Origin: an uncultured virus (IMG/VR IMGVR_UViG_3300046534_001898)
Taxonomy: Duplodnaviria; Heunggongvirae; Uroviricota; Caudoviricetes
Length of the DNA: 64,000 nt
Reading direction: 5' to 3' (one strand)
Virus record (IMG/VR): IMGVR_UViG_3300046534_001898
In this document: in pieces, positions 30,785-40,660 of the stretch
How positions within the stretch are numbered: the first letter of the stretch is position 1
Layout: each line of letters starts with the position of its first letter
Notes under the pieces: generated by a model
What the model saw: the letters and a program-made list of their open reading frames with translations, nothing else
What the model was told of the DNA's origin: nothing
Database searches by the model: none
Translations under genes and position numbers: made by a program

Positions 30785-30892
30785 GTTCCTATAGCTCAGT
30801 TGGTAGAGCAGATTGTGGATTAAATGGTTTTGAAAACCGCCCTTGAAAAAGGGGAGCCAGTCAGGTCGCAAGTTCAAGTCTTGCTGGGATCA
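30785..30892 (+). ncRNA. tRNA-like RNA with a structured anticodon loop of about 40 nt
   Basis: Canonical D (gctc-agttggta-gagc) and T arms; gattg/cagtc stem encloses two small hairpins. Confidence 0.65.
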
Positions 30893-31076
30893 CGAAATTC
30901 TTGATTGCCATTAAGTAATCAAGTGAGGTAAGAACAAATACCTATCAACAAAAATGGCGTTTAAAGTCAAGCACTATAGCTGGCGAAACATGAGGTGAAT
31001 CAATAGACTGATAGCTGGTCGTTGTTCTGAGATTTAATAATGTTTCGCTTTTTTTCCTCCCTTAAATATTTAAGTA

Positions 31077-31391
31077 ATGCCATATAAATCAGAAAAAATT
31101 AAAATAGCAGGAGGTAAATATGACAGAAGGGTTAAGCTTACTTCCGAACAAAAAAAAGAAATCCACGCTAATGAATTAGGTTTGTCTCAAAGAAAATTAG
31201 CTGTTAATTATGGAGTGTCAAGGAGAACTATTCAATTTATACTTGATCCTGAAAAATTAAAAGAGAATCTTAAAAGAAGGAAAGAAAGAGGCGGTTCAAA
31301 GCAGTACTACAACAAAGAAGAGTGGGTTAAAACAATGAAGGAACATAGAGAGTACAAACAAGATTTAAAGTTAAAAGGAAAAATAAATTGA
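31077..31391 (+). CDS. HTH DNA-binding protein
   Basis: LSQRKLAVNYGVSRRTIQFI. Confidence 0.75.
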   Translation: MPYKSEKIKIAGGKYDRRVKLTSEQKKEIHANELGLSQRKLAVNYGVSRRTIQFILDPEKLKENLKRRKERGGSKQYYNKEEWVKTMKEHREYKQDLKLKGKIN

Positions 31392-31475
31392 AATTTTTTT
31401 GGTTTCTATGAAACTTTTACTATCTTTGTTGCGTTATAAAGAAACAGAAAATAAATTTTTGCTATATTTAAAAAC

Positions 31476-31568
31476 ATGAACACAATTAACAACATATCTA
31501 CATGGTCATCTTCAAGATGGAGTTCGAGACAGTCTCGAAGCGATCAAGGTATGTCAAATTTTTTGTGA
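31476..31568 (+). CDS. Putative attenuator leader peptide, Ser/Trp/Arg-rich (30 aa)
   Basis: MNTINNISTWSSSRWSSRQSRSDQGMSNFL, lying between a promoter motif and a terminator. Confidence 0.85.
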   Translation: MNTINNISTWSSSRWSSRQSRSDQGMSNFL

Positions 31569-31592
31569 TGATAGCATAAAATTAAACGATAT

Positions 31593-31627
31593 AAAAAAGC
31601 CTTGGTCATTACGACTGAGGCTTTTTT
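31593..31627 (+). terminator. Attenuator terminator upstream of the Ser/Arg/Trp tRNA operon
   Basis: aaaaaagccttggtc/gactgaggctttttt; the 5' arm can also pair with leader segment gatcaaggt (31542-31550). Confidence 0.85.
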
Positions 31628-31643
31628 GCGTTTAAGATAATTT

Positions 31644-31727
31644 GGAGATGTGACAGAGCGGAAATGTGCCTGTTTTGAAAATAGAGACTTGTATATTGCA
31701 ACGGGGGTTCGATTCCCTCCATCTCCG
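31644..31727 (+). tRNA. tRNA-Ser(UGA)
   Basis: Cloverleaf with long variable arm, loop ttTGAaa. Confidence 0.85.
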
Positions 31728-31800
31728 CAAATGGAATAAAAAGTTATTCCAATTGCGATAGTTTTAGATATTACCGCATATTTATGTAGAAATATATAAT

Positions 31801-32199
31801 ATGAAAGAATGTCTAAGTTGCAAAAGTGAATTAAAAAAGGATACGCAGAAATACTGCTCTTATCAATGTCAGAATGATTATCAAAGAATGAAAAAAGTAA
31901 ATCTTTGGTTAGAGGGAAGGCATGATGGTATGAGAGGTAAAACCGCAACAGCCATGTGGATAAAGTGGTATCTTATTAAACAAAATGGAGAAAAGTGCAT
32001 GGAGTGCAATTGGTGTGAAAGAAATGAACACACTGGAAATATTCCTATAGAACTTGAACATGTTGATGGAGATTTCACTAATAATAAAATTGAAAACTTA
32101 AAATTGTTATGCCCAAATTGTCACTCTCTTACTGGGACTTATAAAGGGGCTAATAAGAAGAAAGGAAGACCACGATCTAAATATTATCGTGGCACTTAA
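31801..32199 (+). CDS. HNH endonuclease inside the tRNA array
   Basis: C..C...ELEHVDG...NN..ENL.LLCPNCHS. Confidence 0.92.
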   Translation: MKECLSCKSELKKDTQKYCSYQCQNDYQRMKKVNLWLEGRHDGMRGKTATAMWIKWYLIKQNGEKCMECNWCERNEHTGNIPIELEHVDGDFTNNKIENLKLLCPNCHSLTGTYKGANKKKGRPRSKYYRGT

Positions 32200-32202
32200 C
32201 AA

Positions 32203-32292
32203 GGAGGGGTTATCCGAAAGATTCTGGGTAGCGGAGCTGGCTTTGAACCCCAGTTGTCTTACGACTTGAGGGTTCGAATCCCTTCCCCTCCT
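32203..32292 (+). tRNA. Atypical tRNA with an ambiguous anticodon (Ser UGA or Gln UUG)
   Basis: ggagggg/cccctcc acceptor, 9-nt loop ctttgaacc, long variable arm. Confidence 0.55.
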
Positions 32293-32350
32293 CTTTTATA
32301 AGCCAGAGGGCTTATATATTGACATTATAAGTCTGGTGGCTTATAAATTT

Positions 32351-32433
32351 GGAAGATTGACAGAGCGGAAATGTGCCTGTTTCGAAAACAGAGGCTTGCT
32401 ACTGCAACGGGGGTTCGATTCCCTCATCTTCTA
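32351..32433 (+). tRNA. tRNA-Ser(CGA)
   Basis: Loop ttCGAaa, long variable arm. Confidence 0.85.
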
Positions 32434-32504
32434 CCGATATAACCTAATGAGGTTATAATTGAATAATATGCATTGATAAGAGCATAATTGAAGTATTGAA
32501 TTAT

Positions 32505-32592
32505 AGAGGTATGGCAGAGTGGTAATGTACTTGCTTGCTAAGCAATGGTCTGTCTAACGGCAGCGGGGGTTCGATTCCCTCTACCTCTACCA
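32505..32592 (+). tRNA. tRNA-Ser(GCU)
   Basis: Loop ttGCTaa, long variable arm, encoded CCA. Confidence 0.88.
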
Positions 32593-32593
32593 T

Positions 32594-32677
32594 AGTAGAT
32601 TGACAGAGCGGTAATGTGCTTGCTTGGAAAGCAACGGCTTGTATTTTGCAACACTGGTTCGATTCCAGTATCTACTA
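32594..32677 (+). tRNA. tRNA-Ser(GGA)
   Basis: Loop ttGGAaa, long variable arm. Confidence 0.85.
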
Positions 32678-32684
32678 CTAAATT

Positions 32685-32758
32685 GGTCTCATAGCTTAAC
32701 TGGACAAAGCATCAGATTTCTAATCTGAGGAGTCGGGGTTCGAGTCCCTGTGGGATCA
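32685..32758 (+). tRNA. tRNA-Arg(UCU)
   Basis: tcaga-ttTCTaa-tctga. Confidence 0.9.
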
Positions 32759-32858
32759 CTAATATCTGAGAAGGTTGTTATTTTTAACACTTTTCTCAGA
32801 TGGAATAATGAAGATAGATAATCGGACGCTTTCCGATTATCTATTAAAAAATTGACAT

Positions 32859-32938
32859 GGGGGTGTAACCGAGGTATTTTTCTAAATTGCTATCCGTAAT
32901 TGAAGTTGAAAATGGGGGTTTGAATCCCTCCGCCCCTT
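32859..32938 (+). ncRNA. Degenerate tRNA-like element
   Basis: gggggtg/cgcccct acceptor and a T arm; no canonical D or anticodon arm. Confidence 0.45.
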
Positions 32939-32968
32939 CTAAAGCTCTCTAAAAGTAGAGAGCAACAC

Positions 32969-33052
32969 ACTGCGGCTACTCATTGGTGAGATAGAAGGTC
33001 TCCAAAACCTTTGCCCGTAAGGGATGTGTCGGTTCGACCCCGACTCGCAGTG
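32969..33052 (+). tRNA. tRNA-Trp(CCA) with a long variable arm
   Basis: aaggt-ctCCAaa-acctt, ccc-gtaa-ggg variable stem, G73. Confidence 0.78.
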
Positions 33053-33058
33053 CAAAAC

Positions 33059-33129
33059 ACAGGTGTAGTTCAATGGTAGAATAGCGGTCTCCAAAACCGT
33101 TGATGGGGATTCGAATTCCTCCACTTGTG
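33059..33129 (+). tRNA. tRNA-Trp(CCA)
   Basis: gcggt-ctCCAaa-accgt, G73. Confidence 0.92.
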
Positions 33130-33148
33130 CAAATTTAGGGTCAGATTT

Positions 33149-33188
33149 TGAGTAAACCCTAAAATAACGTTATTTTAGGGTTTACTCA
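33149..33188. repeat. Perfect 40-bp palindrome between tRNA genes
   Basis: tgagtaaaccctaaaataacgttattttagggtttactca equals its own reverse complement. Confidence 0.95.
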
Positions 33189-33204
33189 GTTTTTGACATT
33201 AAAA

Positions 33205-33291
33205 GGTCTCATGGTAGAACTGGATATTGCACCACCCTCCTAAGGTGGCGACCCGAAAGGGCAACTGGGGGTTCGAATCCCTCTGAGATCA
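33205..33291 (+). tRNA. tRNA-Arg(CCU) with a long variable arm
   Basis: ccacc-ctCCTaa-ggtgg, ccc-gaaa-ggg variable stem. Confidence 0.78.
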
Positions 33292-33334
33292 CAAAAGTTT
33301 TTTGTACATTTGCATTTGGAAAAAAAGTTAGAAG

Positions 33335-34672
33335 ATGGCATATTTAATATTAGAAGGTGAAGGTGAAAATACGTTGGTGCATGAGGATGATTTAAAGTCT
33401 TTCGTGGCTAAAGGTCGTCTTGTATTTAGCATTAATACTGAAAACTTTGATGAGGCAAAAAAAGTGTATAACAATTACCTAGACACTTACTCTGAAAAGA
33501 TTGATATTTCAAAAATTAAAACAACACCTCCAAATATGGAATTTGGTTTTTGTGTCTACGGAGAGCCTTCTCAGGAGATTATAAATTGGGCAGGTGTTCA
33601 TGACTTTAAATTAGAGCCATCAGGCAAGTTTACCAATATTCTGATACCAGAAGACTTTAATCTATTTGAGTGTCTCCAGAAGCCTTCATTTCCCTTCTAT
33701 TTAGATGGTTTCTCTCCCAACCTAAACAAGGAATTACACTTTGGTCATTTTACCAATTTTATTGTGGCTAAAGCGATTCATTGTTTAACCTCAATGAAAC
33801 CCATTGCCATTCTTGGTGATTCCTTAGGGACTCCAGAACAGCATCAAGAAAACCTTAAGCTTGTAAAACAATACTATCAAAAATACGATTATAATCCTGA
33901 GTTATTTTTTGCTTCTGAAATGAAGCTTAAAGATACTTCTATTCTAAAAGAGGGTGAAGGAAAATATGAAGGAACAAAGGTTTTTGATCTAGGTGAAGAA
34001 AAGCAGGTTGGAGTAAAGTCTAACGGCTCTACTTCTTATTTCTATCAAGATATTGCATTTGCTCAGGAGCTTGATAACCCTACTTTGGTTATGACGGGAA
34101 CCGAGCAGAAAGAACACTTCCAGAAAGTATCTCAAATCAACCCTAATGTATCTTATAAAGGTCTGGGTTTGGTTAAACTCAAAACTCAAGATGGAGTTGA
34201 GAAGATGAGTTCTCGTTTAGGTAATACCATCTTCATGAAAGAGGTTATTAAAAACCTAGAGACTGAGTTTGTTGACCCGAAACTTTCGTACAATATTGTG
34301 GCGGGAAAAATCCTTAACTATAAAGTTGTTTCGGAAAAGATTGTAGTTGAAGAAGAGCTTTCTCAACACGATAAGTCTGAGGGTCTTTATATTAGTTATA
34401 CCTGCGCTCGTTTGAAGTCAGCTGGCTGTGAGGTGGTTGATGTTGAGCTACAGGATCACAAGTTAGTTCATGCGTTGATTATGGCTCAGAAACAAATAGA
34501 ACCACATACTTTCTTAAGGGCTGTTTTAGTTTATTGTAAGGAGATCAATAATTTGTATCAAAATCATATAATCAAAGATAATCCAAAGAATAAAGAAATG
34601 TTTACTCAGAAGCTTGCTCAATTAGAGAAGGCTATTCAGTATCTAGGTCTTTATAGTGTTGATCGAGTTTAA
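33335..34672 (+). CDS. argS: Arginyl-tRNA synthetase (compact)
   Basis: FSPNLNKELHFGH (HIGH motif), KSNGSTSYFYQD, KMSSRLG, YISYTCAR. Confidence 0.88.
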   Translation: MAYLILEGEGENTLVHEDDLKSFVAKGRLVFSINTENFDEAKKVYNNYLDTYSEKIDISKIKTTPPNMEFGFCVYGEPSQEIINWAGVHDFKLEPSGKFTNILIPEDFNLFECLQKPSFPFYLDGFSPNLNKELHFGHFTNFIVAKAIHCLTSMKPIAILGDSLGTPEQHQENLKLVKQYYQKYDYNPELFFASEMKLKDTSILKEGEGKYEGTKVFDLGEEKQVGVKSNGSTSYFYQDIAFAQELDNPTLVMTGTEQKEHFQKVSQINPNVSYKGLGLVKLKTQDGVEKMSSRLGNTIFMKEVIKNLETEFVDPKLSYNIVAGKILNYKVVSEKIVVEEELSQHDKSEGLYISYTCARLKSAGCEVVDVELQDHKLVHALIMAQKQIEPHTFLRAVLVYCKEINNLYQNHIIKDNPKNKEMFTQKLAQLEKAIQYLGLYSVDRV

Positions 34673-35289
34673 GATTCAGAAGAGTGATTTATTCCACCTC
34701 TTTGGCAAATCACTCCAAAGTAATCGTTGTAAAAAACATCTTGTTGATGTCCGTTTTTGAATTTGATAACAAAAGATGATTCACGGCTTGGTGTCCAGAT
34801 ATCTTCAATGTCTTCGGAACCATTGTTGATCATGTCAACAACTACTTCAATAGGCAAGTCTTTACTAAGTTCTTCAGGCATATCTGAACCCATTGTCTCT
34901 TTGATTGACCTGCTACTATCGTAGTACATGTTTAGTTCGTATTTTCCACTATCCATTCTGTAAATCTGAACATGAAGTAAATTTTTTGCTGGCTCACCAT
35001 TTCTGTTTAGTTCAAAAGAATTTCTTTTAGTTTGACCGTATGTAATTCCCCCAACACCAAACTGAAACAATTGTTCATCATTAATCTCGTATCCTTTTTT
35101 TGACAAAAATTCTTCCACTTCACTTAATGCTTCCGATAGTGTGTTATGGTATATCTCAAAATCACTTGATGAAACATTAGATTCTTTTATAATCTCTTTA
35201 TACTGATTATGAGAGATTACACCAGCAAGCATTTTTGATCTTGCTGCTTCTTTGATTAAGGAATTGTTGCTCATGACATTGTTTTTCAA
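34669..35289 (-). CDS. Hypothetical protein, putative late gene
   Basis: ORF preceded by CTATTTAT on the minus strand. Confidence 0.6.
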   Translation of the reverse strand: MKNNVMSNNSLIKEAARSKMLAGVISHNQYKEIIKESNVSSSDFEIYHNTLSEALSEVEEFLSKKGYEINDEQLFQFGVGGITYGQTKRNSFELNRNGEPAKNLLHVQIYRMDSGKYELNMYYDSSRSIKETMGSDMPEELSKDLPIEVVVDMINNGSEDIEDIWTPSRESSFVIKFKNGHQQDVFYNDYFGVICQRGGINHSSES

Positions 35290-35989
35290 TAAATAGGGTA
35301 TAATTTATGATTCATAAAACACAATACTTTTTGACTTAGATAAAGCCTCAAAATATGTGCTGTACCCAATGTCTGAATACGTATTGTCGGAAAAATAGAT
35401 ACTGACATGGCTATTATAAGAGTCAGAGCCAATAGCTTCTATCCTTTTGTCTGATGAATTAATCATTTCTATAATCTCTTCCGTAGAGAATTTATCTCTT
35501 ATGTATTTTCTAATTTCTTCCATTACCAATCACATTTGAAGGATTTAATATTTGCTTTCATGAGTATGCTCCCATATTCAATGAATTCTTTAATGTATTC
35601 TTCTCGTTCTTCTTTTGGGTAATTCTCTTCTCCCCACTTAGGGTCTTCAAGAATCATATAAACATCTTCAAAAGAGTAGTGAAGTATATCATATGTATCA
35701 TATCGATCCATATGATCACCGTCTATCCATTCTCTATATTCAGGAGCTTTTTCTCTTAATTCGAATAAATCATCAGCATGAGCTTTTTCGCCATTCTTAA
35801 ACCATCGGAGTATCTTTTGTTCTTCAGGCATATCGAATTTTAAGATTTGCTTATTAATCTTTCTTTTCTCTTTCTCTAACCCTCTGATTTGCTTATCAAT
35901 ACCAGAGATTTTGTCTTCTAGTTCTTTTATTTCTTTCATACAACAAATATAGCAAACTTTTTATCTATTTACAAGAAAGCTTTTATACT

Positions 35990-37120
35990 ATGAACCTTAA
36001 GGAATCAATCAAAAACCTTGTTCACAATAAGGTTGTGAATGAAATTGATTGGGATGGGGATTTTCAGGATGTTAAAAAATCCTGTATTCCACCCGCTCAA
36101 TTGAAACAACAGTTACAAGGAGTACTTGACCGTCTGGCTCTACCTGCCAATAAGAGAGGGGAGTTGCCATTGAATAGACCAATCATCGGAAAGAAATACA
36201 TTCACCAAGATGAAGAGGGTGAAATTGATGTGCAAGCTTTTATTGAAGAGATTACAGCTATTCCTACTAAGTTGATTTCACAGAATGGAAAGATGGAAAA
36301 AACATCGCAAGGAGATGTCTGGGCTGTCAATACAGGGATTCCTGCATTGAACGGAATTGTATATGATATTTCTGGTAAGGAATTTTATCAAGTCAACACC
36401 TGCCCCGGTGCTGGATCATGTGCTGCTGTTTGTTACGCCAGAAAAGGATCGTTCGTTCGTTTTGATGCCGTATCAAGACAGTTGACTCAAAGGCTTAATT
36501 TTATGTTAAATGATCCTCAGTCATTTGAGGCTATCATATATCTGGAATTAAAAAGACTTTGTATTGTAAAAAATTCAAAAGGTATTAAACTTCTCATGCG
36601 TTGGAATGATGCAGGAGACTTCTTCACCAAAAAATATTGGGATATTGCCCACAACGTGACTAAGAGGCTTTTGTCGGAAGGTCACGATTTTTTTTCTTAT
36701 GCTTACACTAAAATGGGTGACTATGCTGGTGATATCTCTAAAGATATTCTAGTAAACTTTTCTCGTGACGCAAACAAGAGAGAGAAGGATAAGGTTGACA
36801 TTGATAAAGTAAAGGCATCTACTATTGAAACAAAAGATGTATTTCAGGATTTATTTGTTAAAGGTAAGGGTGCGCATTTCCAAAAAGATGATCAAGGGAA
36901 GCCAATGTTTGTTGAACCTCAAGGTCAAGCAAAGCAGGAGTTGAAGAATCGTTTAGCTAAAAAACATGATCTTCCAGTAGATTCTATTGTTTATCAGGAT
37001 GAGCTTCCTCAAGAGGAGCAAGGAAAAAATCAGTTTAACCTTATCGTTCTTCCATCGGGAGAATCAGATTTAGGTGCGCATCGTGAAGATGTTCAAGTGT
37101 CATTCTTATTGATTCATTAA
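35990..37120 (+). CDS. GP88-like Cys-cluster protein
   Basis: TCPGAGSCAAVCYA, RWNDAGDF, YAYTK. Confidence 0.7.
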   Translation: MNLKESIKNLVHNKVVNEIDWDGDFQDVKKSCIPPAQLKQQLQGVLDRLALPANKRGELPLNRPIIGKKYIHQDEEGEIDVQAFIEEITAIPTKLISQNGKMEKTSQGDVWAVNTGIPALNGIVYDISGKEFYQVNTCPGAGSCAAVCYARKGSFVRFDAVSRQLTQRLNFMLNDPQSFEAIIYLELKRLCIVKNSKGIKLLMRWNDAGDFFTKKYWDIAHNVTKRLLSEGHDFFSYAYTKMGDYAGDISKDILVNFSRDANKREKDKVDIDKVKASTIETKDVFQDLFVKGKGAHFQKDDQGKPMFVEPQGQAKQELKNRLAKKHDLPVDSIVYQDELPQEEQGKNQFNLIVLPSGESDLGAHREDVQVSFLLIH

Positions 37121-37121
37121 T

Positions 37122-39779
37122 ATGAGAAGTTTAATTGAAAATAGAATTTCAGCTTTATTAGAAGGTCAAGATCAAGTTTACTATCACGGAACTAGAGCTT
37201 TGTTTCCTTTTAATGAATTCACACCTAGACTTATTGGTACTGGAACGTCTTCGTCTGGTCAAAAGTTTGGTGGATTCTTTTTCACTTCGGAACAAGAAAA
37301 CGCAGAATTTTATGCGGAGGACTTTGTTGCAAAGATCAAAATCAAAGATATTAAACCAGCTCCAGAAGGTGAAACACATTCCCCAACTGTTTTGAGGATG
37401 GCAATTGAATCCAGTCAGAACCTAAAATTAGAAGACGTGCTTGATGGTTCTATGTATTCAGATATTGTTGTAGTCCCTACGAGTAATGTTGATGATATTG
37501 AAATTATTGAATGGATTTTTGTTGGAGATAAAGAGTTTTATTTTGATCAGTTAGATAAGTTATTTTTTAACTTGGATGATTACGATCCAGAAGATGAGGA
37601 TAATATTGATGATGATGGAAATGTTATGCCTCCGTATATTGATACCTATCAAATAGATTCTTTATTAGGTCAGATGGAATTGAATGTTAAGAGCATGATG
37701 AGTGTTCCTATTTTTAATGAATACTATAACACTGTGGAAGAGAGATTGAGTAAAGAATATGGTTTGATGCAAGAAATTATTAATAATAGAATCTCAACTT
37801 TATTTGAGAACCCTCAAAAGGCAGATAAGGAGTTTTTTAATTCCAAAGAGTATTTAACTCCTGCGGATAAAGAAATTGTATTGTCTATTACTGGTGGAGA
37901 TATTTTCACGTATAAGATAGCTGAGTTATTAGATCAATTTCTTGCTTACGAAAGAGAACAAAACCCTGATAGTGATGCTTCCATTTATAAGCCTTCATTG
38001 CAAGATTTTTATAATGGTTTAAAATCTTATAATGCAAGTGTTTTTCCTTTAAAAGGATTTCTGGTTGACCAACCTTCTAAAGATGCTTATGAGGTTGCAG
38101 AGTTTATGAAGCATAGAGCTGCTGCTGTTGATAAACTAAAACAACTTCCAAAGATTGTTGTTCGTAATTTAAGACATATTACTCAACCAGAACGTGAATA
38201 TAACTATCAAATCAAAGAGTTTAATCAAGGGTTGAAATCTATTGTAAGCATGTTGCAACATATTTCTGATACGCTGGACGAAGAGGGTTACTCAAGGGTT
38301 ATTAAGAAAGCTTTTCATAGCAAGGATTTATATTATAATTTCGAACATTATTTTGAGAAACTACAGGGTCTTTTGGATATTGAAACTTTTGATACTCGAA
38401 ACATAGATAAGGAAGAAGTTAAACAAGATGCGGTAAATATTGGGGCTGAGATATTACAAGAAGGGGAAGATTTTCTTTTAATGGCGGTTACTGAAGCTCA
38501 TCAACTTCGTGAAATCAGCTGTAATGTTCATTGGTGTGTAACGGGAGAGGGTTATTTTGATACTCATACAACTGTTATTCCAGAAATGTATATTCTTCTT
38601 CAGTTGGATTCAAGGATAAATAATGAAGATAGACTCCTTTTGTACACTGAATCTGATGGTATGGATTATGAAGATACCTCTATAGTAAGAGAGTATGGAA
38701 TGCCAGAAATGGAATGGTATAATGCTCATAATGAGAATACGTATCCAATGGCAGAAATTGACGATGAAGAACTAAAACAAAGAGTGAAAGAGTTAACTAA
38801 AGAATATGCTCAGGATTATTTTGATCGATTTGAAGAAGAAGAGGAAGAGGAAGAATTATCGATGGTAGCTGAGTTTGTTAGGATGGCGGTTGGTGAATAT
38901 ATTAAAGGAGGAGAGGCTGACAGTAAGTCTGTTGAAGATATTGCTCAAAAGCATGATGTTCCAGTTTTCTTTATTAAACACGAACTTAGTATTGGGAGTA
39001 AAATTGAAATAGAACATGTCGATGATAATGTATTAGCTAGAGAGATTGCTATGGATCATCTTTGGGAATTTCCAGATTACTATACTCGTTTAGAGAAAAT
39101 GGAGAAGGATGCTGATCTAGATGAAGCTAACCCTTTAATTGCAGTAGACGACATTCCGAAAGGACATGATGCTAGGGTGGTGGATGAAGAGTGGGATTAC
39201 GATGAAGACCAAATGAATTATACAACCACTTCTGTTTCGGGAGAATTCTATCATGGAACATCTATCGATGAAGGGGAAGTTTACAGAGAGCTTGATCCTA
39301 ACTATTCAGATTGGGAAGCTATTTGGTTTGCTAATGATGAGAACATTTCTCAAGAATTTGGAGAGAATCGCACAAATGACGGAGACACCCAAGTAGTTTA
39401 TACTGTAGAGATTAATAGTGATAAGATTGTCTATCTAGGTCAACAAGATTTCGAAGACATTAAAGAACATTACCATCTTGAAGATTTGAGAGAAGCTATT
39501 CCTATTTTAAGACAGGCTGGATTTGATGGCTGGCAGACACTTGGTTCTATCGGATGGAACCAATACGATGATTTTGCTATTTGGAATATGGATGTGGTTA
39601 CGATTAAATCTATAATGCTGATGGATGCCGAAGGTGAGTGGAGTGAAAAAATGAGTTTAGATCAAGCTCAAGAGATCGTCTCTTCTAAAGAAGGTATTGA
39701 TGAGGCTAATCCAATCATTCCTATAGATGATATCCCTAAAGGTCATTTCGCAAGAAACGTTGGAATTGTTTCTTGGTAA
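37122..39779 (+). CDS. Large acidic mosaic protein with two ADP-ribosyltransferase-like segments and a DUF5661-like motif
   Basis: YYHGT...GFFFTS and FYHGT...IWFAN; EIEH...EIAMDHL.E.PDYYTRL; duplicated DEANP...DDIPKGH. Confidence 0.55.
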   Translation: MRSLIENRISALLEGQDQVYYHGTRALFPFNEFTPRLIGTGTSSSGQKFGGFFFTSEQENAEFYAEDFVAKIKIKDIKPAPEGETHSPTVLRMAIESSQNLKLEDVLDGSMYSDIVVVPTSNVDDIEIIEWIFVGDKEFYFDQLDKLFFNLDDYDPEDEDNIDDDGNVMPPYIDTYQIDSLLGQMELNVKSMMSVPIFNEYYNTVEERLSKEYGLMQEIINNRISTLFENPQKADKEFFNSKEYLTPADKEIVLSITGGDIFTYKIAELLDQFLAYEREQNPDSDASIYKPSLQDFYNGLKSYNASVFPLKGFLVDQPSKDAYEVAEFMKHRAAAVDKLKQLPKIVVRNLRHITQPEREYNYQIKEFNQGLKSIVSMLQHISDTLDEEGYSRVIKKAFHSKDLYYNFEHYFEKLQGLLDIETFDTRNIDKEEVKQDAVNIGAEILQEGEDFLLMAVTEAHQLREISCNVHWCVTGEGYFDTHTTVIPEMYILLQLDSRINNEDRLLLYTESDGMDYEDTSIVREYGMPEMEWYNAHNENTYPMAEIDDEELKQRVKELTKEYAQDYFDRFEEEEEEEELSMVAEFVRMAVGEYIKGGEADSKSVEDIAQKHDVPVFFIKHELSIGSKIEIEHVDDNVLAREIAMDHLWEFPDYYTRLEKMEKDADLDEANPLIAVDDIPKGHDARVVDEEWDYDEDQMNYTTTSVSGEFYHGTSIDEGEVYRELDPNYSDWEAIWFANDENISQEFGENRTNDGDTQVVYTVEINSDKIVYLGQQDFEDIKEHYHLEDLREAIPILRQAGFDGWQTLGSIGWNQYDDFAIWNMDVVTIKSIMLMDAEGEWSEKMSLDQAQEIVSSKEGIDEANPIIPIDDIPKGHFARNVGIVSW

Positions 39780-39799
39780 TAATTAGAGACCAATACAAC

Positions 39800-40609
39800 T
39801 CATAACTTAAACTCGTTTTCAAGGTCTGGATGATACCAGAATGTTCTACCCTGCTTATCTTTGATGTGGCACATGCCTTCTTTCCTATAACATTGAAGCC
39901 ATTCTTTAAATTTATCTTTTGATCCTACTCCTTCTGGGTTTTCCCAACTCATAAACTCACCTCCACCAACTTTATAAGACTCCTTACATATATCTCTTGT
40001 TAATTGACATAAATAAGACACTTCTGACTTGGTTAGCTCTGAGAAAGTTGAATGGGGTTTGATTTGACGGTCTACGAAGGCTCTGTAGAGAATTTCTGCT
40101 CTTAAGTAGTTGCCAACGCCATTGAAATACTTTTGGTTCATCAGAGAGCTGTATAATGGCTTGTCAGATAAATAGGTCTCATGACGATCTAAAATATACT
40201 TCTTAAATTCTGAATACTCAGTAGTAGGGTCAGACCCTCTAGTTTCTGACCATTTGTTTTGTTGTTTCCAATGACCAAATCTTCTAGGGTCAATAAAGCA
40301 TAAGTATAGGTTGTCGTAGGTTTCTTTGAGCCAAAGATGGCAGTGATCTGGAATAAGTTCCGATACAACCCAATGCCCAGTCATTCCCATTGACATAAAT
40401 AAATGAACAGGTGTGCATTGTTTTTCGGACTCTATAATCAGTTTCATTTCTTTTCCTCGACTCTCAGCTGATATGGTGAATTGATCAAAATCCACAACAG
40501 GTCTTAGATTCTTTGTAACTGTTGATATTCCTATTTTATTGAAGGTCTTTCCTTTGCAAGCTTGTTTTACAAACTTCGCCATGTATTTAACCTCTGATAT
40601 TTCAGGCAT
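39800..40609 (-). CDS. Fpg/Nei DNA glycosylase, NEIL1-like with a zincless finger
   Basis: N-terminal PE, RGKE, MGMTG, DPRRFG, FNGVGNYLRAEIL, WLQCY...GRTFW. Confidence 0.92.
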   Translation of the reverse strand: MPEISEVKYMAKFVKQACKGKTFNKIGISTVTKNLRPVVDFDQFTISAESRGKEMKLIIESEKQCTPVHLFMSMGMTGHWVVSELIPDHCHLWLKETYDNLYLCFIDPRRFGHWKQQNKWSETRGSDPTTEYSEFKKYILDRHETYLSDKPLYSSLMNQKYFNGVGNYLRAEILYRAFVDRQIKPHSTFSELTKSEVSYLCQLTRDICKESYKVGGGEFMSWENPEGVGSKDKFKEWLQCYRKEGMCHIKDKQGRTFWYHPDLENEFKL

Positions 40610-40660
40610 ATTTTTGTATTTGAAAACAAATGTAAGTCTTTTTTTTGGTTATTTATCAAT

